Source of the DNA: Tubulanus polymorphus
Taxonomy: Eukaryota; Animalia; Nemertea
Reading direction: 5' to 3'
DNA: 64,000 bases
NCBI RefSeq assembly: GCF_964204645.1
Contig: NC_134030.1
Span: forward strand, 4,258,778 to 4,322,777
Shown here piece after piece: positions 51,901-64,000 of the stretch (within the stretch, counting starts at the first letter, position 1; the number at the start of each line of letters is the position of its first letter). The position numbers and the translations under genes are program-made. Below the pieces are notes generated by a model, which was not told the origin of the DNA, ran no database searches, and saw only the letters and a program-made list of their open reading frames with translations.

Positions 51901-54900
51901 GTACAGAGACAAGCTTAGACCGGAGTGAAAGCCCAAAGTGCGCAACCGTGCTCTGAATATATGCAACTAAGCCCACAGCTGATCCTAACAGTTGGCGGGA
52001 TTGCCAAAAACGGCGCCTTACCAATTTTTTTGAACAACGATGTTTTCCATCCCCCGGAACGCGTCATTATTCCTGGCATAATTCCCATCTGTTCTACTGG
52101 TTCATAACTTCATTCATACTCCAAAAAATCGAGTCAATCAAAATGACATAAACCGACGCGTATCACTAATTAATTAGATCCGTTATCACCGGTTAGAATG
52201 ACTCTCAACTATATTGATATTCGATAAGATAATAATGTCGACTAAAGATCCAAACTGAAGAATTGCGTGAAGAACGAAATAACACTTTGCATCAGACGCA
52301 GAAAAAGAGGTCCATCTGGCAAAAACGGCAAGTTCTCCCAGTATTATTCCCCGAGCAGAACTGAGTCTGAGCCAAGAGTATCCTCTCCCTCTCTCTCTCT
52401 TCTCTCTCTATGTCGTTTCTCTTTACCAGTGATGTAAAAGTTATATATACGTAAAAGTGAATGCACGTTTGCTGCAGAGGGAGAGGGATGTTTCTCCTAC
52501 TGACGATGATTCATAAAAACATCGAGAGAAATAATAAATCTCCAGGCAATACTCAATATTAGTCTTACAATGAATGACGAAAGCTGGGCAAATTTTCATT
52601 CATAAATTGTGAAAATCAAACCAATTGCAGAAATTAAGTTAATTCGGATGCTTTTGCATAACAAAGCAGCAGACTGAGGTATTAAGCTTACAAAGCAAAA
52701 TGAAATAAAATAAGACACCATGAAAGTGAAATTCCTTAGCAAATGAAATAGCAGCTGACACCATAATAATCTAAATATCACAATTTGTCAAACATAAATG
52801 GTCAAAGGGTCGATATTAATAGGTTTTGGAACAGGTGACCGGGTCGAACTCGATGACCTTAGATTAATTCAAGTGAACAAATCCTCATATGACTAAAAGC
52901 AAGGTCCCCGCAAGGAAAACACAACCTAGCGTAATAAATACACCATAGAAAATACTGAAAACACCTTCAGTCTTATTTATCATATAAACACTTGTACGAA
53001 CAACATTGCTAACGTTTCTAACCTAAACCTCGCTACTCGACTGCCTGGTATTTTTACGACAGGTTGCTTTCCTTCTTTATCTATACAATAAAACAAGCGT
53101 AGGAACAATACTAAACAATTACTGCATCAATCATGTCATATCTGTAAGGTACGTAGCTATACCATCGCTGTTAAAGAACTAAGTCATGACTTGCCAAGGC
53201 TACTGAGTGAAAGACTTGGACTGATTAGGGGTGCAAGTTCTATACCGCCCTAAGACTGAACGTGCGGAGACAGGCTGAAGAACTAGAACCAACTGACCAG
53301 TGAATGCATAATGTTTATCAGTGTTTCTGATAATGATGCTCAAGATGTGTAGCACATGTAATGAATTGAATGAGATCAGGTGCTAAAATAGATTCCCAGT
53401 TCCAGTGGACAAAGAGGTATACTTCCAGTATAGTACATGATGAGGCGGCCTGCAAGACAGCCATCCGCAATGTTTCCCAGTATTGTCAGACACTGAAAAC
53501 TATGGTTTCGTTTGTCTTCGAATTAGCTTACTCTACGTCAAACGGAAATAATACGCCTCACTTCTGATATAATATAGTCACGATTTGGAATTCTGTGAAA
53601 TTTGGTCCGTGCTTAAAAACATTATCAAAATGATGCAGTGCAAATGATAGGAGTCAGTTCCAGAATCAGCTAGCATTCACATGGAATAATTTGACCTGTA
53701 CCAAGATTTGGCATGGGCGATGATTTGGCCAGTGTCAAACAAACATCGATTGACCAAGTTGGTACCAGCGTGAATGGTTGACCCCACGTGCCTATTCAGC
53801 AATGGGCCAAATTTGGTCGCAGTGCAACATTATCAGGCGGTGGGGGATGTTCGAGTTTTATGAGTATCTCGAACAGTTGTATAATATGAATGAATGCTTT
53901 AGTTACAGATACACAACACGAGAACAAAGTCTGAAGAGAAACGTTTTGTTTGAGTTGAAGGAGTAAATAAACCGTGATGAAACGCTTCATAGCTTCTTTA
54001 CGCCGTCAGTCTGCTGGGTTCGATTTCATAGCGCTGATACCCCAGATCTACTGGCTGATGTGTTTATGAAACTAGAGATAAATATTCTACTTCAAAAACT
54101 ATGCACACGCTCTGATAATAATAACGTGAGGTATTATGAGCTGAACGTATAGTCTGGGATGTAGGTACATACACGCGATGCTTTCCCGATGTCTTCTCCA
54201 GAAACCGGTGCGTAGATTGGAACATGTGGTGAAGGTTTTGATGAAAATGAAGGGGGTCTGAGTCACCAGTGAGAAAATCTCTTGATTGAGTCGATCATTC
54301 CACCTTCGCTCTGCAACAGAACCGCACATCAGAATGCGCACAGCCTAAAGGCTATTAACAGTAGCTGCAATGTTTCACAGATGATTTTTCATCGAAATTT
54401 TTAACTCTTTAAAAATTAAGACGTCGGTAAGTATGAAATTTACTTAACGAGTTTGTCAATAGACGACTTTTCACGGTGGACCGTCCACGAACGGAGGCCA
54501 AGAGATGAAAGGCCTAAAAACCTTTACTTTTAGAATTGATCGAAATGAAACAACTTTCTTCGATTACGCACTCATACAATCTTACGCATGAATTCTCAAA
54601 CATCTAATATCAGTTTACTGTGTAGCGAACTCACTCTCTAACACACGTCTTAATCAGGATTGTTACATGATAAGCATTCATCATTATCTTGTTAATTCAT
54701 GAAATAGCTGAAGATTCATTAAACTATACAGTGAAACATCGTTAAAACGATCTCGAATATAACGCTTTATCAGTTATTACAAACATAGAATTTCGCCCCA
54801 AAAGTGGACAATTCTAATAATTTCATACTGGATATTACAAACTATTGGTTATAACGAACATATTCACCGGGGGCCAGTCGCACAAAAGTTCATAGTTATT

Positions 54901-57900
54901 ATGGTATTTATCTGGTGGTTATCTTTAAACCAACTGGCGGTTACAGTTCGTTATAACGAGGCTCCACTGAATAGTTTTTAACTAACTTACTAGGACGATG
55001 CGGTACTGGAATTCCGGTTTTTTTCTGAGATTCAGAAGCCATCAGTTTGACTTATAATATCGCCGATCACCGCTTAAACAGAGCGCATTATTCCCGTTAA
55101 GAACAGTCGATTTTAAAGATATCTTCAATAATGTGTCCGCTCGCAAATACGACAAACCCAAATCACCTATGACCAACAGTTTTCGTGTATATTATATCTA
55201 CTCCTGATATATATGGACGTAGCACAGACTTTAACCGATGCGAAAATCGAAATTATCAATTTCCGGTATTGAATGAGTAATATATTCAGAATAGGACACG
55301 TATAAAAGGAACTGTCAACGTCTTTCGACGTAAAAATGCTCGTCTATTTCAAGTGAAATCGTACGTATGAATAATTTCAGTGCAGATATTTATTCACTAA
55401 ACCTGTATTCAACAACTAACTCATAATAACCGACACGTTTAAGACATTCTTTAATTGTAAGATATCAAAATGAAATCTTGCTATTTTCACAAATCTAGAA
55501 TCCGAAATCACCATCGAATTCAACGAACGTTTTTCTCGAGCTAACCGATCACAACCTGAAATTCGCACCGGGCCTGAATTCCGAGGATGAATTCAACAAA
55601 TTCCGAATACATCTGTACTACGCACGAAATTAGCAAAAATTTACGACGAGCCAAAATAAACGTCTGTTTTTATTATCTAATTTTACAACGAACACAAAGA
55701 ACCCGCGCGTTTTCAATTCCTAAAATTCAATGAAGCGCTGTCAATTGGCGAAGACCAATGCGGCGTCGCTGTTTTTCGCAACTACGCGCAAAAATTGGGG
55801 ACAAGTTACGGCCGAGCGACGTGTGATAAATAGACGCATTGAATTGGTTAAAATAATGAGAAAAACGTCATCTTGGTCGCCGTCAGTTCAATCATTCATT
55901 CACGCCGTTATTGAAGACATTTTAACGAGTAATTCTCTCTCTCTCTCTCTTGAGGTGAGTAGAAAAACTAATCTTAAATTTGCACATAAAATCTCAACGA
56001 CGATTTCGCGTGTAAGTGTTTTTCTATTCATTTTACTTTAATCGATTTGAAGGAATGGTTTTCCGGTCAATATAAAGCGGTAATCATTGGGATATAGGTG
56101 AGGGCATTCTGTGACGCTAATGATTCCACTTGAAACGTTCTCAGGGACCGTTCATATATTGCTGACATACCGGTATCAGCTTTAAGTATTATGTAGGCTA
56201 CATGGAATTGGCAAATTTTTCAAGTTGGTCCCTTTTTAGATTTACAGCATGCCGGGTATGAGAGTTATCCTCAATCTATAGATGATTTGAGAGAACCTAT
56301 AGGATATCAACAAAATGACATATTCCAAGTTTTCCCTAGAGGGGTTTAATTGCTACTCTGGGACGGGTTCTGAAGAGTTAACACATTCGCTGCTTGCTAT
56401 GAATATACTCGTACTACCGGTTCGGTCAACCCGTGAATATATTTGTAGCTTACTCTTCCTATTGAGTTAGATATTTGCATTCTGGCACACAGGAATGATA
56501 CATGATTGGCCACTGCCGCTATGTGAACAAATTTGGCTTCATGCTCAACAATGTTCATTGGTCAATTTCGAGCAAAGGCTGACTACATAATAATAGCTAC
56601 AGTGCCAACCTACGAGTATATTTGTGTTGGCAATTGGGGGCGCCACCGTATCATCGCATAATTCTCAAGATTCTAAGACGACTTTTGGAACTAAGACACT
56701 ACTGCACTACATGGCCCTAGTCACAGCCCTAGAGTTCAAATAATTCCCACACACCGGTAAACGTAAAATCATCTAAAAAATACATTACCTTCTACAGCGA
56801 CCATTTCACCGGCTTCATGAACCTCATCAAATCTTTTATACAATATATTCAATCTAAAAATTACGAAAAAAATTAATAAGTAGCGCTATTAGCAGATACG
56901 CATATGGATGAGACTTACGGGACTCGTTAACAGAAATGTAACCCGCGGTACTCACTTTTGTTGCGAGAGACCCTTTTTAGCGAGGTCAGTTCGAACTCGC
57001 TCACCGATATGACGATATATTTCCACTAATGTTTTAATTGCCGTATCGCGAACCTGTCCGTTCTGATCGTCCAAACATTTAACGATCGACGGAACTAATT
57101 TAGAGATTGTGAGAGACTTCGCGCCGTATCTAAAAAGAAGGAAATATTTTAAGCGAGATTGATCGTGTAAAAACTTACCTTTTTCAAAAAACATTCTCTC
57201 GAAATGTCACAATAAGTTTAATATGTGCCGGTATTTTATGTTAACCACTCTGATACACAGTGTGTGGTAAATAAACGTTACTACTTTCATCAAACTAAAC
57301 CTTAAAAACTTCCGAAAATCATTGAGTCACATGATAAGCCACTTATTCAGCAACAACGCAGTAAATAGGGATGCGATGATGCGTGAAATCATCACTAGAA
57401 GGAGCCAGCAGCAAGCTAGTACTTCTCGTATACAAATACGGCATGACTCATAATCAGTGCGCGTATGAGAAAAACAAAGTGGTTCAATATTATGAGTTGT
57501 AATACAATAGTAACTAGTTTTGAGCATAAAAGAAAGGAAGCGTGCACTTACTTATTGATAGCTATGATCAGTGTTAACATGATGCCTTCGCGGATCTTCC
57601 ATAATTTATGATTAAATGCAGTCATAACGCGTTCGAATAAAACCTGGAAAAAAATCCGGCCACGCGACATTAAAACTAGGCACTAAAATATTGATGACTA
57701 ATGAAATTAAATTTCATTTTGAACTCGGTAAATGTCGTAGAGTTTGTTTAAGAGATTTTTTTCAACGTCCACTACTTGAAGTTACTCACTTGCGCTCCAA
57801 TACAATCCATTATTGGTACCAGAGTATCCAATGCAGCTTCACGCACCTACAAAAACGATATCAGTATGTGACAGTAATATGAATGGAACTATGAAGAGAA

Positions 57901-59865
57901 TAAGGGTGGGTGGGAGAACCCTTTCATCTTTGTTTTTGATAATTACAAATTCTACAAATCCCCTGAGCTTTCCCTGATTTTTCCATGTGATCAACACAAA
58001 ATTCCCCACATGAATCAAGAGAAATTACTTAAATCTAAAAATCTACAATTCATTAATTTTTCATTGAATCGCAATTGAAGGTAACAAGAAGTCAAATAGC
58101 ATTATCCGAGTTCCCTGAGGTTTCCATGTTTTTGGTAAAATTTGTCAAATTCCCTGAATTTTTCTTGATTTTTCTAAATTCCATAGTTTTCCAGGTCAGT
58201 GGCCGCACTGTATTTGATAATTGTAATTGATCAATGGCAAAAAATTGAAAATCAATTTTTGCAAGTCGAACTAGATCGTCAGACATGTACCACATACCTG
58301 GTCTTTGTTATCACCTGTCCTATCGATAATACTACTTATCACTGTAAGAGAGTAAACATTGAAATAAAGATAATACAGATTGTAACATAGGCCTACTTAA
58401 AGATTGACATAAATCGTTGAAAAAATCTCGAATGTAGGCTAAACGAACTTTTATAAGTATATCACCAACAGTCTATTCCAATTTCATATAAAAATTGAAG
58501 GGTATTCAGTAATGATTTCGATCTCAGTATTTGTCAGATATGTCTTCTTCTACTCTCAGGATTAAAATATAAAACATTTTTTGATTTTTGAAATTTCATG
58601 ACTCAAAATTATTATTATTGGCGAAACAAACATATCAATTATGAGTTAACGCTATTATAGAGATTTAGTTCCTGGTCCTGTATATCGGATGATATGCGGG
58701 AGCGCACACATACTTCAATACATCAAACACTAATTTTCAATATGTGAATTATGCGAAGAACAATGTATGTTTACCGTTAATATGCAAATCTAACAAGGCT
58801 TTCATTGTACGCTATCCCCACCACCTACCGCTTAAAATAGATTCATTTCAAGTACCCCGCTAACCCTATTTATTGCGTGTATACACGTAAAACTATTCCC
58901 GACAGTAAATTTGCTCACGACGATTATACCGTAATTTGTCTCAAGAAAATCCGAAGAATTTCTCTTTTTAAGCAACGTAAAAATTCCTAGCAGGTATATG
59001 AGAAAGTTTGCCACCAAGATTGGACAGCAAGTGCCGCGATGACACGAGTATTTCTGGTCCTAACCAGATTAGGTCCTGAATTTTAACATGGATCAAATTA
59101 TTCTTCCGGTAGATGATATTACTTACCATTCGGAGCATGATGTCTGAAACTGGGTCCCATTCTTTTGATCAGTAGAACTAATATTTCCATCCCACCGATA
59201 CTAATCTGGAAGATGAAAATATAGCAACCGATTTATTCATCTTTTCAGGTGACAATTCATGGAGCCACAGACATGTGAGCTAGAGAACATAAACACATTG
59301 ATTCCGGAAAACATTTTAGCCCTTTAGGCCTACCATAAAACCTGCATCATTCGGATCAGTCCAATCCGCATTTTGGTCTGTCCCAATATATCTAATTGAT
59401 AATATCCATTAAAAAAATCCATAAATTAATATATCTAAAATATGATGATTTCTCACAAACCAGATGAATATTTATCAGCCAAATAGAGAGCTACGTTTGC
59501 AGCTACTGTCTGGACAGACTGAGTAATGAGCACTCAGTCTTACACTGTCATAATAAGTTTATCATGAATCAACACTGAATTTTCTAGGTTCCAAAATAGC
59601 AAAGCTCTACCACAGCAGCTTCATCAGTTCCTCGTTAATCGAGTTCTATTGTATCCTCGATTTAGAGAAATGTTGATTAGCCTACCTTGAAGTTACTGCT
59701 GCTAATCCAACCTGAAATCCCATCGACGAAGCGATCGATTCCATAATCCGTTTGTAAAGAACAATTCGGTTGGCTTAAATACACGACGATATCCTTCAGA
59801 CTTTGACTGCGTTTGTGAATGTCCTGTGACAGGATCGACGGCATACACTCGTCTAAACTTTCCAT
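27955..59865 (-). CDS. CLASP1: CLIP-associating protein (CLASP1/2, Orbit/MAST), ~30+ exons
   Basis: TOG1 exons 59865-59686 (WISSSNFK), 59205-59127, 58341-58298, 57846-57790, 57643-57552, 57129-56956 (VRDTAIKTLVEIYRHIGERVR), 56853-56789. TOG2 at ~49639-47320 (DLRSQVVREACITIA, LIPNSAKIMATSG, THCSRLIPII). S/R-rich linker with SAIPRSQGTSRETSP (~43930-44000). TOG3 at ~39190-33690 (FHDPHGK, WITEPRSAQVRK). CLIP-interacting domain at ~30700-27955 (WDEHFKNILLMLLETL, SPVRKASVFCIVAVY, LKLVNVYIERE...SEGHS*). Boundaries marked ~ are approximate. Confidence 0.93.
31983..32219. mobile_element. MITE-like element with TIRs CCTCGCTTGCCA...TGGCAAGCGAGG
   Basis: 12-bp perfect TIR with further imperfect internal symmetry (AAGCTAACGC/GCGTTAGCTT); TAGAAATAGA occurs on both flanks. 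Confidence 0.6.
38346..38447. mobile_element. ~100-bp MITE family A (TIR CCAGTTCCACAG...CTGTGGAACTGG)
   Basis: Terminal inverted repeats with internal GAGTTAACTC motifs; related copies at ~23535-23637, 36196-36300 and 43028-43140, fragments at ~4060-4230 and ~46344. Confidence 0.75.
44179..44309. mobile_element. MITE family B (TIR CAGGGTGGCC...GGCCACCCTG, internal TTCCCTGA repeats)
   Basis: Perfect 10-bp TIRs; related copies at ~28113-28363, 38751-39040, 57902-58210 and 37160-37367, fragments near 42061 and 46980-47240. Confidence 0.75.
45836..45916. repeat. (TA)~40 microsatellite
   Basis: Uninterrupted AT dinucleotide run in a CLASP intron. Confidence 0.97.
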
Positions 59866-60278
59866 TTTATCGGCCGTTTCAACTTGAAAGGTAGAAAGCG
59901 GATGTTCCTCTCGGCGGAAGGCGGGCGGGGTTAACGATGATTGACGGCGTGGGTGGGGGGGGGTTAACGATGATTGACAGCGATGATCTATGCGTTTTGT
60001 TGTCCGCGTTTCGTAATATCACATGTTTCAATTCCGTTCCAGAAATCGTCCTGAAATGTTGATAAGAAGAGTTAGCTTAGGAAACGATGTACAGTAATCC
60101 TAGAATAGACAGGTGGTTGCACAATGGGTGAACGCAAATGCTTATGTAGCTAACGAAGTCAGCGCCTTAAAAAATCTCAATACTCCCAAATCCCTTTCTT
60201 GAGATGTGTATGTAACCACCATTACTCTGATATCCGCTTGTTTCCATCTCGAGATTTACTACAACCAACTGTATCCAC

Positions 60279-60826
60279 CTAATGTCTATTTATTAATTGA
60301 TGAGACCTGTTTTTCTGGGATATTTTGCTTACTTTTTGGGATACATACCTCATTTATGTCTTAACAGAATGCCAAAAATCGCGGACAACAACTGAATATC
60401 CGATATATTTCCAGTTCAGTACCAATTAGATGGATTGGCAAAAAGACTCCTTATGTCCAATTGAATGAGAGAGAAAATCCTCCATTTTGTCAAATTTCTT
60501 GGATTTGAACATTGTTACCATGCCTACGCCACCCTGATTTAGTTGTTGAGACCCCACAAGAAAAATAACTTCATTTCGTAGGCATGGTGACAATGTAAAA
60601 ATTCAAGAAATTTCACAAAATGGAGGATTTTCTCTCTCATTCAATTGGACTTAAGGAGTCTTTTTGCCAATGCATCTAATTGGTACAGAACTGGAAATAT
60701 ATCGGATATTCAGTTGTTGTCCGCGATTTTTGGCATTCTGTTAAGACATAAATGAGGTATGTACCCCAAAAAGTAAGCAAAATATCCCAGAAAAACAGGT
60801 CTCATCCATTAATAAATAGACATTAG
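60279..60826. mobile_element. Foldback/MITE-like long inverted repeat
   Basis: 60279-60528 is a near-exact reverse complement of 60577-60826 (about a dozen mismatches by eye), 48-bp spacer, no coding capacity. Confidence 0.85.
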
Positions 60827-61349
60827 TAGTAATGACTGAACTGTCTCTTTTTTCTTCACTTTTGGCATTGTGAGGCAAGGGATAACTTTAAGTCAACATT
60901 GAGCCAAACAGAGTGAATATAAGCAGCAAGCCTGGCAAAAAGTGGCAGGACTGGGTATGTTTTGAAAGACGAAAAGGAGCCCGAGAAAAGGTTAGGCATT
61001 ATTCCCTTTTTTGTTTACTAACTGGGTATGGCCGGGACGATATGTTGAGATATGTAATGATGCATCTACTATGATAGCTGTTGTTTGAACCACTGATTGT
61101 TCATCTAATGCCGTGGTGCTAGGAGTGAGTACTCAAGCGGCGAGATGCTGGGATGCCGGATGCTGGGCCGGGTGTGTGGGATGGGGCAGCGCAAAAAAAT
61201 GAAGTCTGCTGCTGATTCGATTTGCATGACCCAACAAAATACTGCATTGGATGACTTAACCTTTTCAATAAAACTATCATCTGCGTATATAAATAATCTG
61301 CCTTTAACTGAGTGCAATTCAATAATGTAAGAAAACGTTTATCTCTTAC

Positions 61350-61434
61350 CTGCAGCGGCAGCAAGTGCTGAGAATCGTAAACCTAAAACCGAGGAGCCGT
61401 CCGCCATCTTTCTTTTTTCAAATTCATGACGTCA
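61350..61434 (-). promoter_or_regulatory. Probable CLASP first (5'UTR) exon and core promoter
   Basis: Strong donor CAG|GTAAGA at 61350; YY1-type AAGATGGCG near 61402-61410; palindromic CRE TGACGTCA at 61427-61434. Would splice to the TTTCAG acceptor at 60050, upstream of the CLASP ATG. Confidence 0.55.
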
Positions 61435-62009
61435 CATATTTATAACCTCTTACAAAATAAATTCACGTTTGTTTTTGCCCGTAATCGTATTAGAATAAAC
61501 CACTGTAAATCCAATTTGTGAATAGATGTTCATTTATCAAAGATTACAATTCAGTAATTTTAGTATCTTTGTTGAGAGTATGCGTGGGTTAATGCAATAA
61601 AATATTAATTGGATTTGTTAAATAAAACCCGGAATAGGATTCGGATTGAGGATCGGAAGTGAAAGAATGGAATCAGAATCGGAAATGAAGACTGGAACTA
61701 TCGTGAAGTGAGCCCGTCATTCCAGCCTCGTATTCAGATATAGTGTGTACACACTGAACAGCTGCATGTAGATACTGGTTGATGTGAAATGTATAACCTA
61801 ACGCTTTGACCTGACGAAACGACGATCATTCAATGAAGTCACCGGGGGCAGTAGAGTGCTCAATAATTGTTTTATATAATTCATTATTGTTTAATAACAA
61901 TATGAATGATTTTCGTAAATTTCATAGATTCTCATCGAAATGTATCTTACATCAATAATGCCTGTTATTTCAGTACGATTGCGTGACAGGGTGCGTTATT
62001 TGAATTTTA

Positions 62010-62722
62010 AAATTACGCGTATTTCAACGCACGATTGTATCATGATTCAACATTTAAAATTAAAATTCAAAATCAGATTTCTCTAAAACTAAAACCTGAG
62101 GCTTTCTGAAAATTGAGTATATTATTTAGGAGACTCTATTCTTCAGGTCGATGTAATGCAGATGTCTGTGCATTGATTTGATCATAGTTAAAATACGCGT
62201 CATTTCAAGAGAAGTTTGCACCATGGCGCGATATTTAAATATTAAAATTCAAAATCAAATTTCTCTAAAACTAAAAACTGAGGCTTCCTGGAAATCTAGT
62301 ATTGTGAAGGACACTCTATCCTTTAAGTTGATTTAAGGCAGATGTCTGTGCATTGATTCATAGTAAAAACGCAATATTGCAATACACGATTGCATCATGG
62401 CGCGGTGTTTAAAAATTAGAATTAAAAATCAAATTTTTCTAACACTAAAACCTGAAGCTTTCTGAAAATTTAGTATATTATTAAAGAAACCCTATTCTAT
62501 GAGTTGATTTAAGGCAGATGTCTGTGCATTGATTTGATCATAGTTAAAAACGCGTCATTTCAATACACGATTACATCATGGCGGGTTATTTAAAGATTAA
62601 AATTCAAAATTAAATTTCTCTTAAACTGAAACCTGAGGCTTTCTGAAAATCTAGTATATTATAAAGGAAACTATATTCTTTAATTTGATTTAAGGCAGAT
62701 GTCCGTGCATTGATTTGATCAT
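62010..62722. repeat. ~180-bp tandem repeat, ~4 copies
   Basis: Motif TTTAAA..TTAAAATTCAAAATCAAATTTCTCTAAAACTAAAACCTGAGGCTTTCTGAAAA...GCAGATGTCTGTGCATTGATT recurs at ~62053, 62233, 62408 and 62589. Confidence 0.9.
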
Positions 62723-64000
62723 CTTACTTGGGGAACACAAAGTGTTGTCCCAAGTAGGCTACCTGTGTATTGATTTTACTTTTCGTCAAGAACGAATGAT
62801 GTTATTGACACGATCTTGATATTTTGTTTATGGCATTGATTATGCCTGCTACGCAAGTGTATTGACATTCCTAAAATTGGATGAGGCGTTGATAATTTTA
62901 TGAGATACCCACACGATTGATTGGGGGAAAACTTAGGTCATTTCTCAAACATTTGTTATTCATAATTTACAATTTGTCATGGTACTAGTTTTGGGAATTT
63001 TTTGAGACGGATTGGGAAAACATTCAGATAATGATTGAGAAAATTGACGACTCATGTAGGCCTAAGGCCTACGAATGGCTGTGAACGAAAAATATGGCCT
63101 TAGCTCGGCTGGGTCATATTTGTAAAATATGAAAAAATTTGTTAAAAGTTCATTTCTACAGCGACCGGGTCTGTAATGGTAAAATTGATCACGGTTTTAA
63201 AAAAAAAAGTCATGTACAGGGACAGGGTAGATAGGCGGCAGGCCGGGTCTACTTTAAAGCTCGGCAGAGCAGAGAAACAAGGTTCCAAATCAATTTTTTT
63301 TAGCCTTAAGACATGCTTGCAACTGCTGTGATGATGAGGTAAGCTATTTAAACGAAAAAGCACCTTTCACATTTTTCGGAAGGCATTAGAGAGGATGGCT
63401 AGCCACCCTAACCCCCTAGATCCGCCCCTGCTACAGTAAACCGGCCGCCCTACTGGAACTAGAGACCCGCTAGATTGGCACTAGTTGTGCAGTGAATATC
63501 CGAGTGAGGTTTACTGTAGTTTTCTATCACCTAATGTATCAATAAACTGGAAAATATAATCCCAGGGACTATCAAGTTTAAATGTGCATGAGTAGACCGA
63601 GTTCTAACTAAAATCTATTAAAACAAGTGAGTACAGGTGATTGTACAGACGATAGATTGAGTTTGAAAGTGTCTGAGTCCGAGTCAATACTATAATTGAT
63701 TAGTGTGATTCGAGTTAATTAAAGAGCCGAGAGCTGAGTCAACTGTAGATCACAGAAAAATAACACAAACAATTTGTAGTGAACAACTAAACCACGAATA
63801 GGTTTTTAGTTGTGATTAATAGTTCAATATGTATTTACATGCAAACAAAGGTCAACCAATTATCAAACACCAATCACAAAGCCCTTTAAATCAATTAAGC
63901 ACCACAAAATCAATATAATTCAGCAATGTAACAAATAAAAGACAACATAAACTGGTAACGTAAGTACTTTCCACCTCGTTTACTATTCTACAGCAAGTTG

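Noticed and set aside
54305-54328. MRFCCRAK as a palmitoylated CLASP2-beta-like first exon
   Set aside because: Weak donor (GTGGAA) in phase 0, incompatible with the phase-1 acceptor at 50576.
62010-62722. Possible CRISPR-like array
   Set aside because: Whole ~180-bp units repeat with no unique spacers; eukaryotic context and no cas genes.

Overview
AT-rich animal (invertebrate bilaterian, probably lophotrochozoan) nuclear DNA with spliced genes; not prokaryotic. Left to right: (1) the 3' part of a long single-exon LRR-Ig-FN3-TM receptor of LRRN type (+, 5' end outside the window). (2) A 15-exon, ~675-aa PLAT+lipoxygenase gene (+) with an intact frame but two of three iron-binding histidines replaced, which carries a tRNA-Val(TAC) gene in intron 8. 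(3) A TMEM45B-like gene (-) with one coding exon. (4) A CES-2/PAR-type bZIP transcription factor (-) with two mutually incompatible upstream coding exons. (5) A ~33 kb CLASP gene (-) with candidate alternative first exons that skip TOG1 and many frame-preserving cassette microexons. Also present: a 250-bp-arm foldback element in CLASP intron 1, a ~180-bp tandem repeat, a (TA)~40 microsatellite, several short MITE families and small perfect palindromes. All exon models were built by eye from GT-AG sites, phase and protein similarity; no database searches were run.
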